IMG/VR virus record: IMGVR_UViG_3300025120_010521
Origin: a virus
Taxonomy: Duplodnaviria; Caudoviricetes
Reading direction: 5' to 3' (one strand)
DNA: 64,000 nucleotides
Shown piece after piece: positions 37,877-47,167 of the stretch. The notes below the pieces were generated by a model. It worked only from the letters and a program-made list of their open reading frames with translations, was not told the origin of the DNA and did not search any database. The first letter of the stretch is position 1. Every line of letters starts with the position of its first letter. The translations under genes and the position numbers were made by a program.

Positions 37877-38467
37877 TTATTTATCTTTTTTATCGTTATC
37901 TACTCTATCTAAGATCTGCTTTAATAGTTCATTACGATCACCAACAACGTACCCTTCGCCCTCAACAATATCAGCTGAATTATCGCTAGTTTTGTTCATT
38001 TGGTCAACTCTTTCTTTTTTTAGTTGTAGTTCAACCATGCGTAATTTCTTTTCTAATTTGGCATTTTTAGCCTCTACAGCATTTTTAAGCATAGTAGAAG
38101 CTACTTCAAACAGTTTTCCTGAATGTCTTACTTCAACATTCATTCCTAAATTCATTAAATCTTGATATGATTTCATAGCTTCTGTGGCGTACATATCCAT
38201 ATCTTTATCTTCAGCATCAAGTCCTGTTACTTGTGGTAATGCACGATCAATCTTTTCAGCAGTTGTTATTGCTTTCATAATTGGTGCTGGATCGGTGTTC
38301 TTGACGCTATCTTCTTCATCTTGCTTATTTGGTTCCTTTTGAATTTCTTCTTCGCTGTTCTGATGTTGCGTATTTTCTGCTTTGGTGATAGTCTCATGCT
38401 CATCTGAATTCTCCTTGGCTTGATCTATAATATCTTCCATTGGTATTTTGTTTTCTTTTTCGTTCAT
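37877..38467 (-). CDS. Putative terminase small subunit
   Basis: Helical core YQDLMNLGMNVEVRHSGKLFEVASTMLKNA..AK; near the large subunit. Confidence 0.45.
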   Translation of the reverse strand: MNEKENKIPMEDIIDQAKENSDEHETITKAENTQHQNSEEEIQKEPNKQDEEDSVKNTDPAPIMKAITTAEKIDRALPQVTGLDAEDKDMDMYATEAMKSYQDLMNLGMNVEVRHSGKLFEVASTMLKNAVEAKNAKLEKKLRMVELQLKKERVDQMNKTSDNSADIVEGEGYVVGDRNELLKQILDRVDNDKKDK

Positions 38468-38499
38468 AATCAGTACCTATTAACTACGTATATAATTAT

Positions 38500-39399
38500 T
38501 TATCCAAGTTGTGCACCATTATCAAACTTTACGCCGCCTGATATAGTAATATGCTCGTAGTCTGCTTGATATCCTGAATTATCTCCACTAGCAAATATTG
38601 TTGACATTGTTGATGTGTTTGGTGCTGTTAAAACTTTTGCCGCAGTATCTAAATATAATTGATGCCCTAATGGATTATAACTTTGTACTCCTGCAGAATT
38701 AATTGCACTATCATTCCATTCTGGATCCATTGACGTTGCAAAGGTTGATATGTATCCCCATTCAGCCGCTAATAACAAATAATAATATTCTCTCATTAAC
38801 AATGCTCTAAAGTCTGGATCACTAAATGATCCTGAATAACTTGATGTATCAAATATTGGATTTCCATTTGATCCATTTGTTGTTCTTGCTTGTTGCATTG
38901 CATTATAGATATCACTTGTTTGATTAGTTTGATTCATTTTTGTTGCAAATGCTTGTGGTAAACCATAAACAGTAATTGTATGTAATAGATGTTCAACAAC
39001 TTCCATCACTGCTCCATTACCTGCAGATACTTCCCAAATAAAATCTACATTTGGATTTGTATATTTTGTATAATCAATTCCTGGATAGTTGTCATTGGCA
39101 TTGTCTTCTACTATACCTGGTGTGTATGCACTTGGTTGACTATACCCAATTAGTTGTGCTGTATTTGTTTCTAACATTTTATTCATTACAGTGTTTTGAT
39201 CTGTTGTGTTAATTGATCCACCGGAACCAAACATAAGTTCAACTGTCTTTGCAACTTTTTTAATCCAACTATCCGATACTGCTGTTGCACCACCAATACC
39301 AGGAAGTGCTAATAACTTAATTCCGTTTACTAAACAAATTTTAGTCCATGGAGTGTAACCAGCTGTTGTTGTAATTGGACCTCCTGTTTTTACTGACAT
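38500..39399 (-). CDS. Zincin-like protein (EVVEHLLHTIT), possibly virion-associated
   Basis: EHxxH helix and downstream REYYY. Confidence 0.4.
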   Translation of the reverse strand: MSVKTGGPITTTAGYTPWTKICLVNGIKLLALPGIGGATAVSDSWIKKVAKTVELMFGSGGSINTTDQNTVMNKMLETNTAQLIGYSQPSAYTPGIVEDNANDNYPGIDYTKYTNPNVDFIWEVSAGNGAVMEVVEHLLHTITVYGLPQAFATKMNQTNQTSDIYNAMQQARTTNGSNGNPIFDTSSYSGSFSDPDFRALLMREYYYLLLAAEWGYISTFATSMDPEWNDSAINSAGVQSYNPLGHQLYLDTAAKVLTAPNTSTMSTIFASGDNSGYQADYEHITISGGVKFDNGAQLG

Positions 39400-39402
39400 A
39401 GT

Positions 39403-39834
39403 TTACCTTTTCTTTAATTTATATATAGAATCTTCATTTAAAATTCTAAACATTATTCCTTTACGTTTACACCACTCACCTGCCGCTTTCCATTTTGCTC
39501 TGTTCAATGCAATAGTGGCTCTATCTTTTGTAGTCTTTGCCGCTTCTTGAATTGTTTGAGCTCTTGGTTTTACCTCAATCATTTCAGCACGTGGTCTGCC
39601 ATTCTTAGTTAAGTATTGTATTAAGAAGTCTGGCACGTACACAGTATACTTACCTGTAAACGGATTACGATATGGTATTTTAACTGGCTCACTTGACCAC
39701 GCAACAATATTTGGATTAGTGTCACAAAACTGCATAAACACTGCTTCCCAACTAGATCTATATATTGGTACACGTTGCCCAACATACTTGCGTGGGTTTT
39801 TTGGTTCAAATTGTCCTTGTTTAAAATAAGCCAT
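39403..39834 (-). CDS. gp4: Head completion nuclease (T4 gp4-like, TnsA_N fold)
   Basis: YRSSWE, WSSE, YVPDF, IEVKP, AKWKAA..WC. Confidence 0.9.
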   Translation of the reverse strand: MAYFKQGQFEPKNPRKYVGQRVPIYRSSWEAVFMQFCDTNPNIVAWSSEPVKIPYRNPFTGKYTVYVPDFLIQYLTKNGRPRAEMIEVKPRAQTIQEAAKTTKDRATIALNRAKWKAAGEWCKRKGIMFRILNEDSIYKLKKR

Positions 39835-39853
39835 CAGTAGTATTTAACCACTA

Positions 39854-40294
39854 TTAATAGGCAATCATTCTTTTAATATGATTTGGAACTTGTGAAACTG
39901 TAATTGTTGTTCCAATTTGACTAGTTATTGGACGATAATGATTAACTAGTGTTAGTCCTAAATTTGAAAATTTAATTGGATCTGTTATACTATCAAATAA
40001 CTCATCAAATTCAATATTTAAAGTTTTAACTGCATCAATACAAAGATATGCATAGGCTTTTGCAATTTGTCCATCCATTCCTGCCGCTGTAAAAATTCCA
40101 AGTATTCGATCATATTTTGCTGGAGATAGTTGCGACTGTATTCCACCATATTGATTTAATATTAATGTTGTAACATCTTCTGCAGATAAATTTGGTTGTG
40201 CATTTTGTAACGCATTAAATACGTTTCCAAATAGAGAAACTATTTGTGACTCTCCACCTACTCTTGCTATTAATTTTGTACTTTGATTAGCCAT
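39854..40294 (-). CDS. Hypothetical protein in the tail cluster
   Basis: ORF track. Confidence 0.6.
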   Translation of the reverse strand: MANQSTKLIARVGGESQIVSLFGNVFNALQNAQPNLSAEDVTTLILNQYGGIQSQLSPAKYDRILGIFTAAGMDGQIAKAYAYLCIDAVKTLNIEFDELFDSITDPIKFSNLGLTLVNHYRPITSQIGTTITVSQVPNHIKRMIAY

Positions 40295-41976
40295 TATCTA
40301 TAACTTGCTCCTCCGCCTGTTGGCGAACTGTTGCCTTTTTTACGTGTTGCATTTCCATTTGCATTTTTAGTTATTTTGCCATTAACGACATTAGATTTTG
40401 ATTTTGTTTCAACATAATTTTTACTATCTGGATTATTTCTTCCTGATCCAGCGGCCGCAGTTTGAAAAGCACTACCCCAGTTACCAGATACAAGTCCTGA
40501 TGTTGCTGACTTTGTAGTTCCATATACACTTGAAGCTACATTTGAAATGGCGTCACTAAATGGTGTACTACTTATTTGACTTAGATCGGCACTCATTTTA
40601 GATAAATCACTTTTGAATCCACCGTACACAGAGTCGCCGCCATCTGTACCAGTATTAAACGATCCATTTGTACCTGCATTAGTTCCATTGCCAAATACTC
40701 TAGCTGATTGTTCATCTGGTATTGATGCAGACATTTTTGTCCAATCATAATCTGGATTTTCACTTGTACCATCACTACCTTCTGTTTCTGCTTGAGCTGT
40801 TGTAGGTGTGTCTGGCATTTTTAAACTGTTTTCAAATAATTCGTCAAAGTCAACTGCAACATCATGTGATGATGCTGACATATCATAGTTTAGTGTTTCA
40901 TATACAACTGTTTCATATGCAAATTGTAAACCAAGTTCAACTGGTGTACTTGATTCATATGTTAGTACATCATGATCCATTGCAATAACTTTAGGATGTA
41001 TAAATCTAATTAGATTATATTTTCCGCCATGTACAATAAACAAGTCTAAACTTTTGATTGGATATGTATGACTTATTGTACTCGATTCAAGACCAAAGTT
41101 ATGTTGATTTATAAACTGGTCTTCTCTTATTAGTGGATTTGGTGAATATAATCCTTGATTACTTTGTGTGTCTCCACCATACTTTTTACTTCTGTTTCTA
41201 CCATCTTTTAAATTTAATTCGTACAAATATCTCCAAAATTTTAATGCTGTATTATTCATTGTATCGTAAAAACGTACACTTACTGGATCATAATCAACAC
41301 GTCTATACACATTTCTTTTTCTGTTGTATTGATTTAATGTGTCATATTGAAAATTAACTTTTGGTCCGTCAATTTGTTTTACGTTAAAAACTAAAGAACG
41401 TCTAACAGTTTCCATAACTTGTTGACGTTTTGATTTTAAATCATTATGTTTTTTTGATAAATTCTGTTGGGCCATGGCATCTATACCGCCGCCACTATAA
41501 CTATTAAAGTTGTTTGCATTATTACCAGCCGCTTGAATATCTTTATCTAAATTTTCAATTTCAGAATCACTAAAAATTGTATCAAATTGACTATCAGCTG
41601 AAAATCTAAATGTTGCAACATACTCAAACTTCTGCCTTGGTACACCTGTCATTTGTACCATAGGTGCTTGTCTTAGAGTAAAATTATCTTGTGCTCTTGT
41701 AGGTGGTTGAATATTTGGTGTGCCTGAATCTGATGGTGATCTACTAAATGGTTCTTGTGAACTAGTTTTTGCGTTAGCGTCAGCTTTACCTTTTAGGTTA
41801 GCAATAGCCGTGGCATTTTGATCTGCCATTATGTTTGCTAGTTGCTGATCGCCACCATCTCTAACTGCATTTATTTCTGATTCAGTGAACACCGAAGCAG
41901 TTGTGTCCATCGATGAAAACAACTTTTTCTGCTCCGGTGTTAATTTTTTTGGTTCAGTGTCCCAAGTATCTGCCAT
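40294..41976 (-). CDS. Tail-tube-like baseplate/tube initiator (gp48/gp54-like) with extensions
   Basis: PRQKFEY..., PKVNFQYDTLNQYNRKR...YDPVSVRFYD resembles the tube fold. Confidence 0.65.
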   Translation of the reverse strand: MADTWDTEPKKLTPEQKKLFSSMDTTASVFTESEINAVRDGGDQQLANIMADQNATAIANLKGKADANAKTSSQEPFSRSPSDSGTPNIQPPTRAQDNFTLRQAPMVQMTGVPRQKFEYVATFRFSADSQFDTIFSDSEIENLDKDIQAAGNNANNFNSYSGGGIDAMAQQNLSKKHNDLKSKRQQVMETVRRSLVFNVKQIDGPKVNFQYDTLNQYNRKRNVYRRVDYDPVSVRFYDTMNNTALKFWRYLYELNLKDGRNRSKKYGGDTQSNQGLYSPNPLIREDQFINQHNFGLESSTISHTYPIKSLDLFIVHGGKYNLIRFIHPKVIAMDHDVLTYESSTPVELGLQFAYETVVYETLNYDMSASSHDVAVDFDELFENSLKMPDTPTTAQAETEGSDGTSENPDYDWTKMSASIPDEQSARVFGNGTNAGTNGSFNTGTDGGDSVYGGFKSDLSKMSADLSQISSTPFSDAISNVASSVYGTTKSATSGLVSGNWGSAFQTAAAGSGRNNPDSKNYVETKSKSNVVNGKITKNANGNATRKKGNSSPTGGGASYR

Positions 41977-41998
41977 TGGTTACTCCTTAGGTCAAATA

Positions 41999-42598
41999 TT
42001 ATAAACCTGTTCCAGTACCAAATGTTAATGGTGCACGTGGAAATAATTCGCCGCCGCCTTCGCCAAAGTGTGTTGCATTATCATATCTCATAGTCATGAT
42101 AACTTGCACTGGTTCTGATACCGCATAATCACCGTCTGAATAATCTACGTTTTGTAAGAAACAACCTTCTAGATTCCATTGTTCTAATTCAGCATCGCTT
42201 GAACCATCTAAAATTTCAATTTTAGTTGTAAATTTATATTGAGTTCCGCTGGTTGGACCAGTTTGCTCAAAGTGGTTCATTTGTTTCTGAACTTGTTGAC
42301 CTGTTAATCTAGAGATACTGTTGTTCATATCATCACGTAAAGTAAGTGTGATTGGCTCCCATGTGTGTTTGCCCATTAAGTATGCTACTGAGTTGTAAAC
42401 GTGTACAGGAACTTCTTCGTGTGTTACTTTTGGTCTTGTTACGTTCATAACCTGTTGAGTTAAATCAACTGGGTTAGCACCTAAGTTACCAAAACCTGTA
42501 AAACGTACTCTAAAACGATATTTAAGTTTAGGCTGTAAAATACCGCCTCTACCTGTAGCACCGTCTATTGGAACGCCAAATTTGTTTAATGTAGCCAT
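41999..42598 (-). CDS. gp19: Tail tube protein
   Basis: QPKLKYRFRV, VTRPKV, WEPITLTLRD, GCFLQNVDY; directly follows the sheath. Confidence 0.85.
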   Translation of the reverse strand: MATLNKFGVPIDGATGRGGILQPKLKYRFRVRFTGFGNLGANPVDLTQQVMNVTRPKVTHEEVPVHVYNSVAYLMGKHTWEPITLTLRDDMNNSISRLTGQQVQKQMNHFEQTGPTSGTQYKFTTKIEILDGSSDAELEQWNLEGCFLQNVDYSDGDYAVSEPVQVIMTMRYDNATHFGEGGGELFPRAPLTFGTGTGL

Positions 42599-42684
42599 TG
42601 TAATCTCTCCTTACAAATTAATTTGTATTAATAGTATTTAGTCAAATATAGGAAAATTTAAGAAAAAGTTTGATGTTAAAGGGT

Positions 42685-42722
42685 AAAAAAAAGGCTACTG
42701 CATCTCTACAGTAGCCTTTTTT
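42685..42722. terminator. Bidirectional intrinsic terminator downstream of sheath
   Basis: A-run, GGCTACTG stem, 8-nt loop, CAGTAGCC stem, T-run. Confidence 0.85.
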
Positions 42723-42737
42723 AGTGTATTTTGTCTA

Positions 42738-45728
42738 TTAATTATAGCTCATATTCTCACCAGTGTTCTTTATTCTGATCGGAATATATATAAACTCTGC
42801 CGCTTTCGCTGGCTGTATAGCTATATCGATCCACATCTGGTTAGCATCAATACGTGTTGCTGTGTTGTTTGATTCATCACAAACAACTAAGAAGTCGTAT
42901 AATGCTCTTTTTGAAGCCAAGTCTGCTAAAAATCTTTCAAAAGTATCAGACACTTGATCTCTTGTCATTCTATCATTTAATTCAAATAAGAATGGTTTTG
43001 CAAGTTGATCAAATTGATATCTTAAGTAACAAATTAATCTGGCTACGTTAACTCTATCAAGTGCTGATGCTGTTGAGTGCAATGTTTTTTGACCAAACAC
43101 TGTTAAACCTCTGTTAGGCATAAACGCAATTGGGTTAACTTTTTTAGAGTATAATGTATCTCTTGAACCTTCACTTAATACAACTGAATTATATTCACCT
43201 GTTGCCGGGTCAATATAACCAACTGATGATGCATTTGATACTAAACCTCTTTGATAACCTGCTGGAGCAAACCACTGGAATGCCGCGTTATCACTTGAAG
43301 CAATAGTTCTTAATGCTACATGTGAAGCTGGAACAACAACGTTGTTACCTGCTAAATCAGTTGATAGTGCTGATGGATAGTAAACAGCTGAGTAAGTGTT
43401 GCTTGTTACTAGTCCGTCTTCACCGTTAGTTGTTGCGTTTGCTGAGTTTGATATCCAATTAGATACTTCTGAAGGAGTTTTTAATCTAAATGGAGCATCA
43501 AGAATAACAAATGCTGTTTCTTTTCTTGCTGTGTTAAGTGCAATCATTTCATCATATGTTTCTGGGTAACCAGGACATGCAATTAAATTAAAGAATCTTG
43601 ATTCTGCTTTAATTTCATCGTTGCTAACAAATGCTGATTGTAGTGAAGTTACTACAACTTGTCTTTGTGCTTTTCTACCCATGTATGGTGAACCATCTGG
43701 TTTATTACCAGCCGCATTAATCCAAATTGGACCAATGTCTGCACTGTTTACAACATAAGATGTTTTATATCTTTTAACATTATAACCAGACACTCTTGTG
43801 TTAAACAATAGTGTACCAGCCGCATAGTTTGCCGGATCAACTGCATCTGAATCAAATGATGCGTATGTTGAACCCCAACCTACTGCCGCGTCTGTTGTAC
43901 CTGCTGGGTTACCTACTGCATCACCGAACACAATGCCTGAAGCTGATGATTGATCAGTATTATCTAATAATACCCATGCACTTGTACCTGTATTATATTT
44001 GTAAATTTTTGGATATGCTTCTAGCTCGTTTGAGTCAATCCAAATGTCACCATTTTCTAGTGCTGTACCATCTGACTGTTTAGTTGGTTCAGTTGATACC
44101 ATTTGTAAGTCTCTTATACCTGCCGCTTCACCGTTTGGTCCTGTGTTAACATTACCTGCTGTAAAGGCGTCTTTTGAGTTAGCATAAGCAAACCATTTCA
44201 TTGTACCACCGTCATTTTCAGCAATATACATATCTGCTGTTAAGTTAGTGTCGTACCATAGTGTGCCATCTACAGGTGAACTTGTTGGTGCACTTGCTGA
44301 TGCTTCGTATGATAAGTTGCCCCAAATTGAAGCCATGTACCATGAATCAGAACCTGAAGCCATATTATCTGTAAAGCCTAAGTTTGCAGTTGTTGTACCA
44401 ATCACATTACCTGCTGTTGCTGTATCTTCAATCCAAATGTTTTTACCATTTGTTCTTTCAAGTTTTAAGTACTCTTTTGTACCTGAACTTGCTTCAATTG
44501 ATGCTACAACTGTTTTAGCAGTTAATGATGCATCGTTGTTAATACCAGCAACTATTTCTGCTAGTGTTACATTTGAAGCCGCACCGCCTGCCGCTGTTAC
44601 TGTTACATCAACGTTACAAATGTTCATTTTAAGACCAGTTTGACCTGCTGTTAAGTCAATACCGTTACCTGAAAGGTCAGCTGTTCCTGTAGTTGATGTT
44701 GTAGTTGCTGTACCTCTTAATTTGATCTCGTATGCTACTTCTGGTGTTGAGTTGTTTGCTGTTTGTTTGTATGTTGCATTGTCAATTCTATCATTGTTCC
44801 ATGCCGCATCCATGTCATCATCAAACATTGTGTAAAGTGAATTTGCCGCTGGTGTTAAGGCTGTAACAGCATTGTCATCATCAGCATATAATGGTGATGA
44901 AATTGTTGACCATGTTGATGTTGATGTTGAATAGTATTTTACTACTACGTTAGCACCGCCACCTACTGTTGTTGTCTTAATCCAAACTGAACCTGCAGTT
45001 GAGGCACTTGGTGCCGCACCTGAACCTGGTTGCATATACACAACTGGCGTACCTGATTTTGCAGTTACCCATGTATCCGCACCTACTTGGTACCATTGTC
45101 CTGAAACTTTTTCCCAAAGTTTTGCCGGAGTTGCTGATGCAACTACAACAAAGTTACCGTTGGCACCGTATGATGATTTTGGTGATTTTTCAGTATCGTT
45201 GTTTACGTTTGATGTTGCTGATGTACTAGGTGTATCAGTTAGTACCGCTGGAGTAATTTTGCTCCATGCTGTACCGTTTGTTTGGTATACACCCCAATTA
45301 GTTGATGCTGTATCTAACCAGTACGTACCATTTGCTGGTGCACTAGTTGGAACAGATGTTGAACCTGTAAGTTCTGCTGAATCTACATCAGCACGAACTA
45401 CGTATGCTCTATTCGAAATTCCTAAATATGAATATGCGGCTAATAAACCGTATTCATTTCTTTCATCCCCTGGTAACATTGTTGAACCAGCTGAATAAAA
45501 TGTTGGTGTACCGAATGTTGATAACAGTTCTCTCTGTGAACCAATTAAATACGCTTTACCCACGTTAGCACTGGTAGTACCTACTGCTGTAGAACCTGTA
45601 GAACTTGGATCAGCTTTATTTTGTGCTGATGCCACTACAAATAATGGTACTGTACCTTGTGCCGCGCCGGCGTAAAACGATTCATCAGTTACTGTAACTG
45701 AAACACCCGGTGAAACTAAATCTGGCAT
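42738..45728 (-). CDS. gp18: Contractile tail sheath protein with large insertions (996 aa)
   Basis: LVSPGVSV N-terminus; WFAPAGYQRG, GQKTL..ALDRVNVARL, IQPAKAAEFIYI. Confidence 0.95.
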   Translation of the reverse strand: MPDLVSPGVSVTVTDESFYAGAAQGTVPLFVVASAQNKADPSSTGSTAVGTTSANVGKAYLIGSQRELLSTFGTPTFYSAGSTMLPGDERNEYGLLAAYSYLGISNRAYVVRADVDSAELTGSTSVPTSAPANGTYWLDTASTNWGVYQTNGTAWSKITPAVLTDTPSTSATSNVNNDTEKSPKSSYGANGNFVVVASATPAKLWEKVSGQWYQVGADTWVTAKSGTPVVYMQPGSGAAPSASTAGSVWIKTTTVGGGANVVVKYYSTSTSTWSTISSPLYADDDNAVTALTPAANSLYTMFDDDMDAAWNNDRIDNATYKQTANNSTPEVAYEIKLRGTATTTSTTGTADLSGNGIDLTAGQTGLKMNICNVDVTVTAAGGAASNVTLAEIVAGINNDASLTAKTVVASIEASSGTKEYLKLERTNGKNIWIEDTATAGNVIGTTTANLGFTDNMASGSDSWYMASIWGNLSYEASASAPTSSPVDGTLWYDTNLTADMYIAENDGGTMKWFAYANSKDAFTAGNVNTGPNGEAAGIRDLQMVSTEPTKQSDGTALENGDIWIDSNELEAYPKIYKYNTGTSAWVLLDNTDQSSASGIVFGDAVGNPAGTTDAAVGWGSTYASFDSDAVDPANYAAGTLLFNTRVSGYNVKRYKTSYVVNSADIGPIWINAAGNKPDGSPYMGRKAQRQVVVTSLQSAFVSNDEIKAESRFFNLIACPGYPETYDEMIALNTARKETAFVILDAPFRLKTPSEVSNWISNSANATTNGEDGLVTSNTYSAVYYPSALSTDLAGNNVVVPASHVALRTIASSDNAAFQWFAPAGYQRGLVSNASSVGYIDPATGEYNSVVLSEGSRDTLYSKKVNPIAFMPNRGLTVFGQKTLHSTASALDRVNVARLICYLRYQFDQLAKPFLFELNDRMTRDQVSDTFERFLADLASKRALYDFLVVCDESNNTATRIDANQMWIDIAIQPAKAAEFIYIPIRIKNTGENMSYN

Positions 45729-45858
45729 TGTAATCTCTCCTTCATAAATTATAACAACTATTGCGTTGTCATGTTATACATTATTTATTAGAAGTTGGGT
45801 AAAAGAGGGTGGTTTAAGCACCTATATTTTCCCCTTTAAAAGGGCAGTAAATACATAT

Positions 45859-46215
45859 ATGATAGACAATAGACCATTATGTAGTAAGTGTAAGTCTAGA
45901 CCAGCCGCCTTTAATTATAAAAAAGGTGATAAGACGTATTATCGCAAGATGTGTGATAAATGTATACGTCTAAGTAAAGGCAAAGGTGTAAGCTCTACGT
46001 CTACATGGCAACAAACAGGTTATAAAAAGAAAGCTATATGTGAGAAGTGTGGATTCAAAGCAAGACACCCTGCACAGTTAGACGTTTATCATATTGATGG
46101 TGATTTAAGAAATAGTGCTTGGAATAATTTAAAAACTATATGTGCTAATTGTCAACGTATTATGACTATGGAAGAATTTAGGTGGCGTCAAGGTGATTTG
46201 ATGCCTGATAATTAA
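45859..46215 (+). CDS. Zn-finger plus HNH-like protein (start corrected to ATG 45859)
   Basis: CSKC..., CEKCG...HIDGDLRN...NLKTICANCQ; GTAAATA 5 nt before ATG. Confidence 0.75.
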   Translation: MIDNRPLCSKCKSRPAAFNYKKGDKTYYRKMCDKCIRLSKGKGVSSTSTWQQTGYKKKAICEKCGFKARHPAQLDVYHIDGDLRNSAWNNLKTICANCQRIMTMEEFRWRQGDLMPDN

Positions 46216-46874
46216 AATGAAGTTTCTGTGCGTTTTTCTTTTTTTACATTTTTTAGAACTTTAGACACTGAATTAATTTTATCATGCAGTTGCTCTAATG
46301 TACCATTATTTTCAATAATAAAGTCTACTAGCATACCAGAATGATCCCACTCACTTGCATGTATACCAATATCAGATAATTGCTGTATAGCAAACTCGTC
46401 ACCATTTTGAGCCTCTGTTGCTAACGATGTCCAATGCGGATCTTCTCCTCGTTTTACTCTAATTGTAAACCCGCCCATTTGTTTAATAAAAGCAAGTTCA
46501 TTTCTAAATCTACAATCAGTAATAACAGTTGGCTTTTGTCCATTAGCAATATATCTATGTTCTAAACTATCTAACCAAATCTTATGATGAAAATGTTCTC
46601 TAAATAGTTCTGTACCTACAATTTGTAATGCTAATCTTGGAGTAAAATTTTTAATGTTTAATTTAGATGCCCAATAAGGATCAACACATTCTCTAAAATG
46701 TCTACTATGATCAGTATCACCTTCTAATGTTTTTCTAGGCCAATTAAATATATTTGCTGTAGCATCTTTTAAAGGTGCGGCAAATGAATCTTCCTTATAA
46801 CCATGCTGTGCTGACAGCACTTCAGCTACAGTATTTTTTCCACTACCTATCCAGCCTACTAATCCAATAATCAA
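46212..46874 (-). CDS. gp1: Deoxynucleoside monophosphate kinase (T4 gp1-like)
   Basis: IIGLVGWIGSGKNT, FAAPLK, RLALQIVGTE..R, ITDCRF.NE, HASE. Confidence 0.92.
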   Translation of the reverse strand: MIIGLVGWIGSGKNTVAEVLSAQHGYKEDSFAAPLKDATANIFNWPRKTLEGDTDHSRHFRECVDPYWASKLNIKNFTPRLALQIVGTELFREHFHHKIWLDSLEHRYIANGQKPTVITDCRFRNELAFIKQMGGFTIRVKRGEDPHWTSLATEAQNGDEFAIQQLSDIGIHASEWDHSGMLVDFIIENNGTLEQLHDKINSVSKVLKNVKKEKRTETSF

Positions 46875-46875
46875 T

Positions 46876-47136
46876 TTACCACCTCAATTTTAATTGTGTT
46901 GCAATGTCTTCGCTATCAACTTTTACAGTTAATTCATCACAGCCAGCATTTTCCCAATGCCAATCTGTTTCATATTTGTAACCAAGCATACCCATGTAGT
47001 TTGCAACTCTGGCTACTGCATCAACTTCTCTATAGTTGGCATTAAGAGCTCCACCTTCAACACTAGTACCTGTTGACTGTCCTATGTACTCGTCTCTTTT
47101 AGAAATTTTATCTACATCTAATGTAACTTCAATCAT
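46876..47136 (-). CDS. Small hypothetical protein
   Basis: Own promoter TTGACA-N17-TACTAT (47143-47171), 6 nt before ATG. Confidence 0.7.
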   Translation of the reverse strand: MIEVTLDVDKISKRDEYIGQSTGTSVEGGALNANYREVDAVARVANYMGMLGYKYETDWHWENAGCDELTVKVDSEDIATQLKLRW

Positions 47137-47167
47137 GTTACTATAGTATTACACAATTAAACTATTG

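Noticed and set aside
45766-45858. N-terminal 31 aa of the tracked ORF 45766..46215
   Set aside because: Overlaps the divergent sheath promoter region; ATG 45859 has the recurrent late-box spacing
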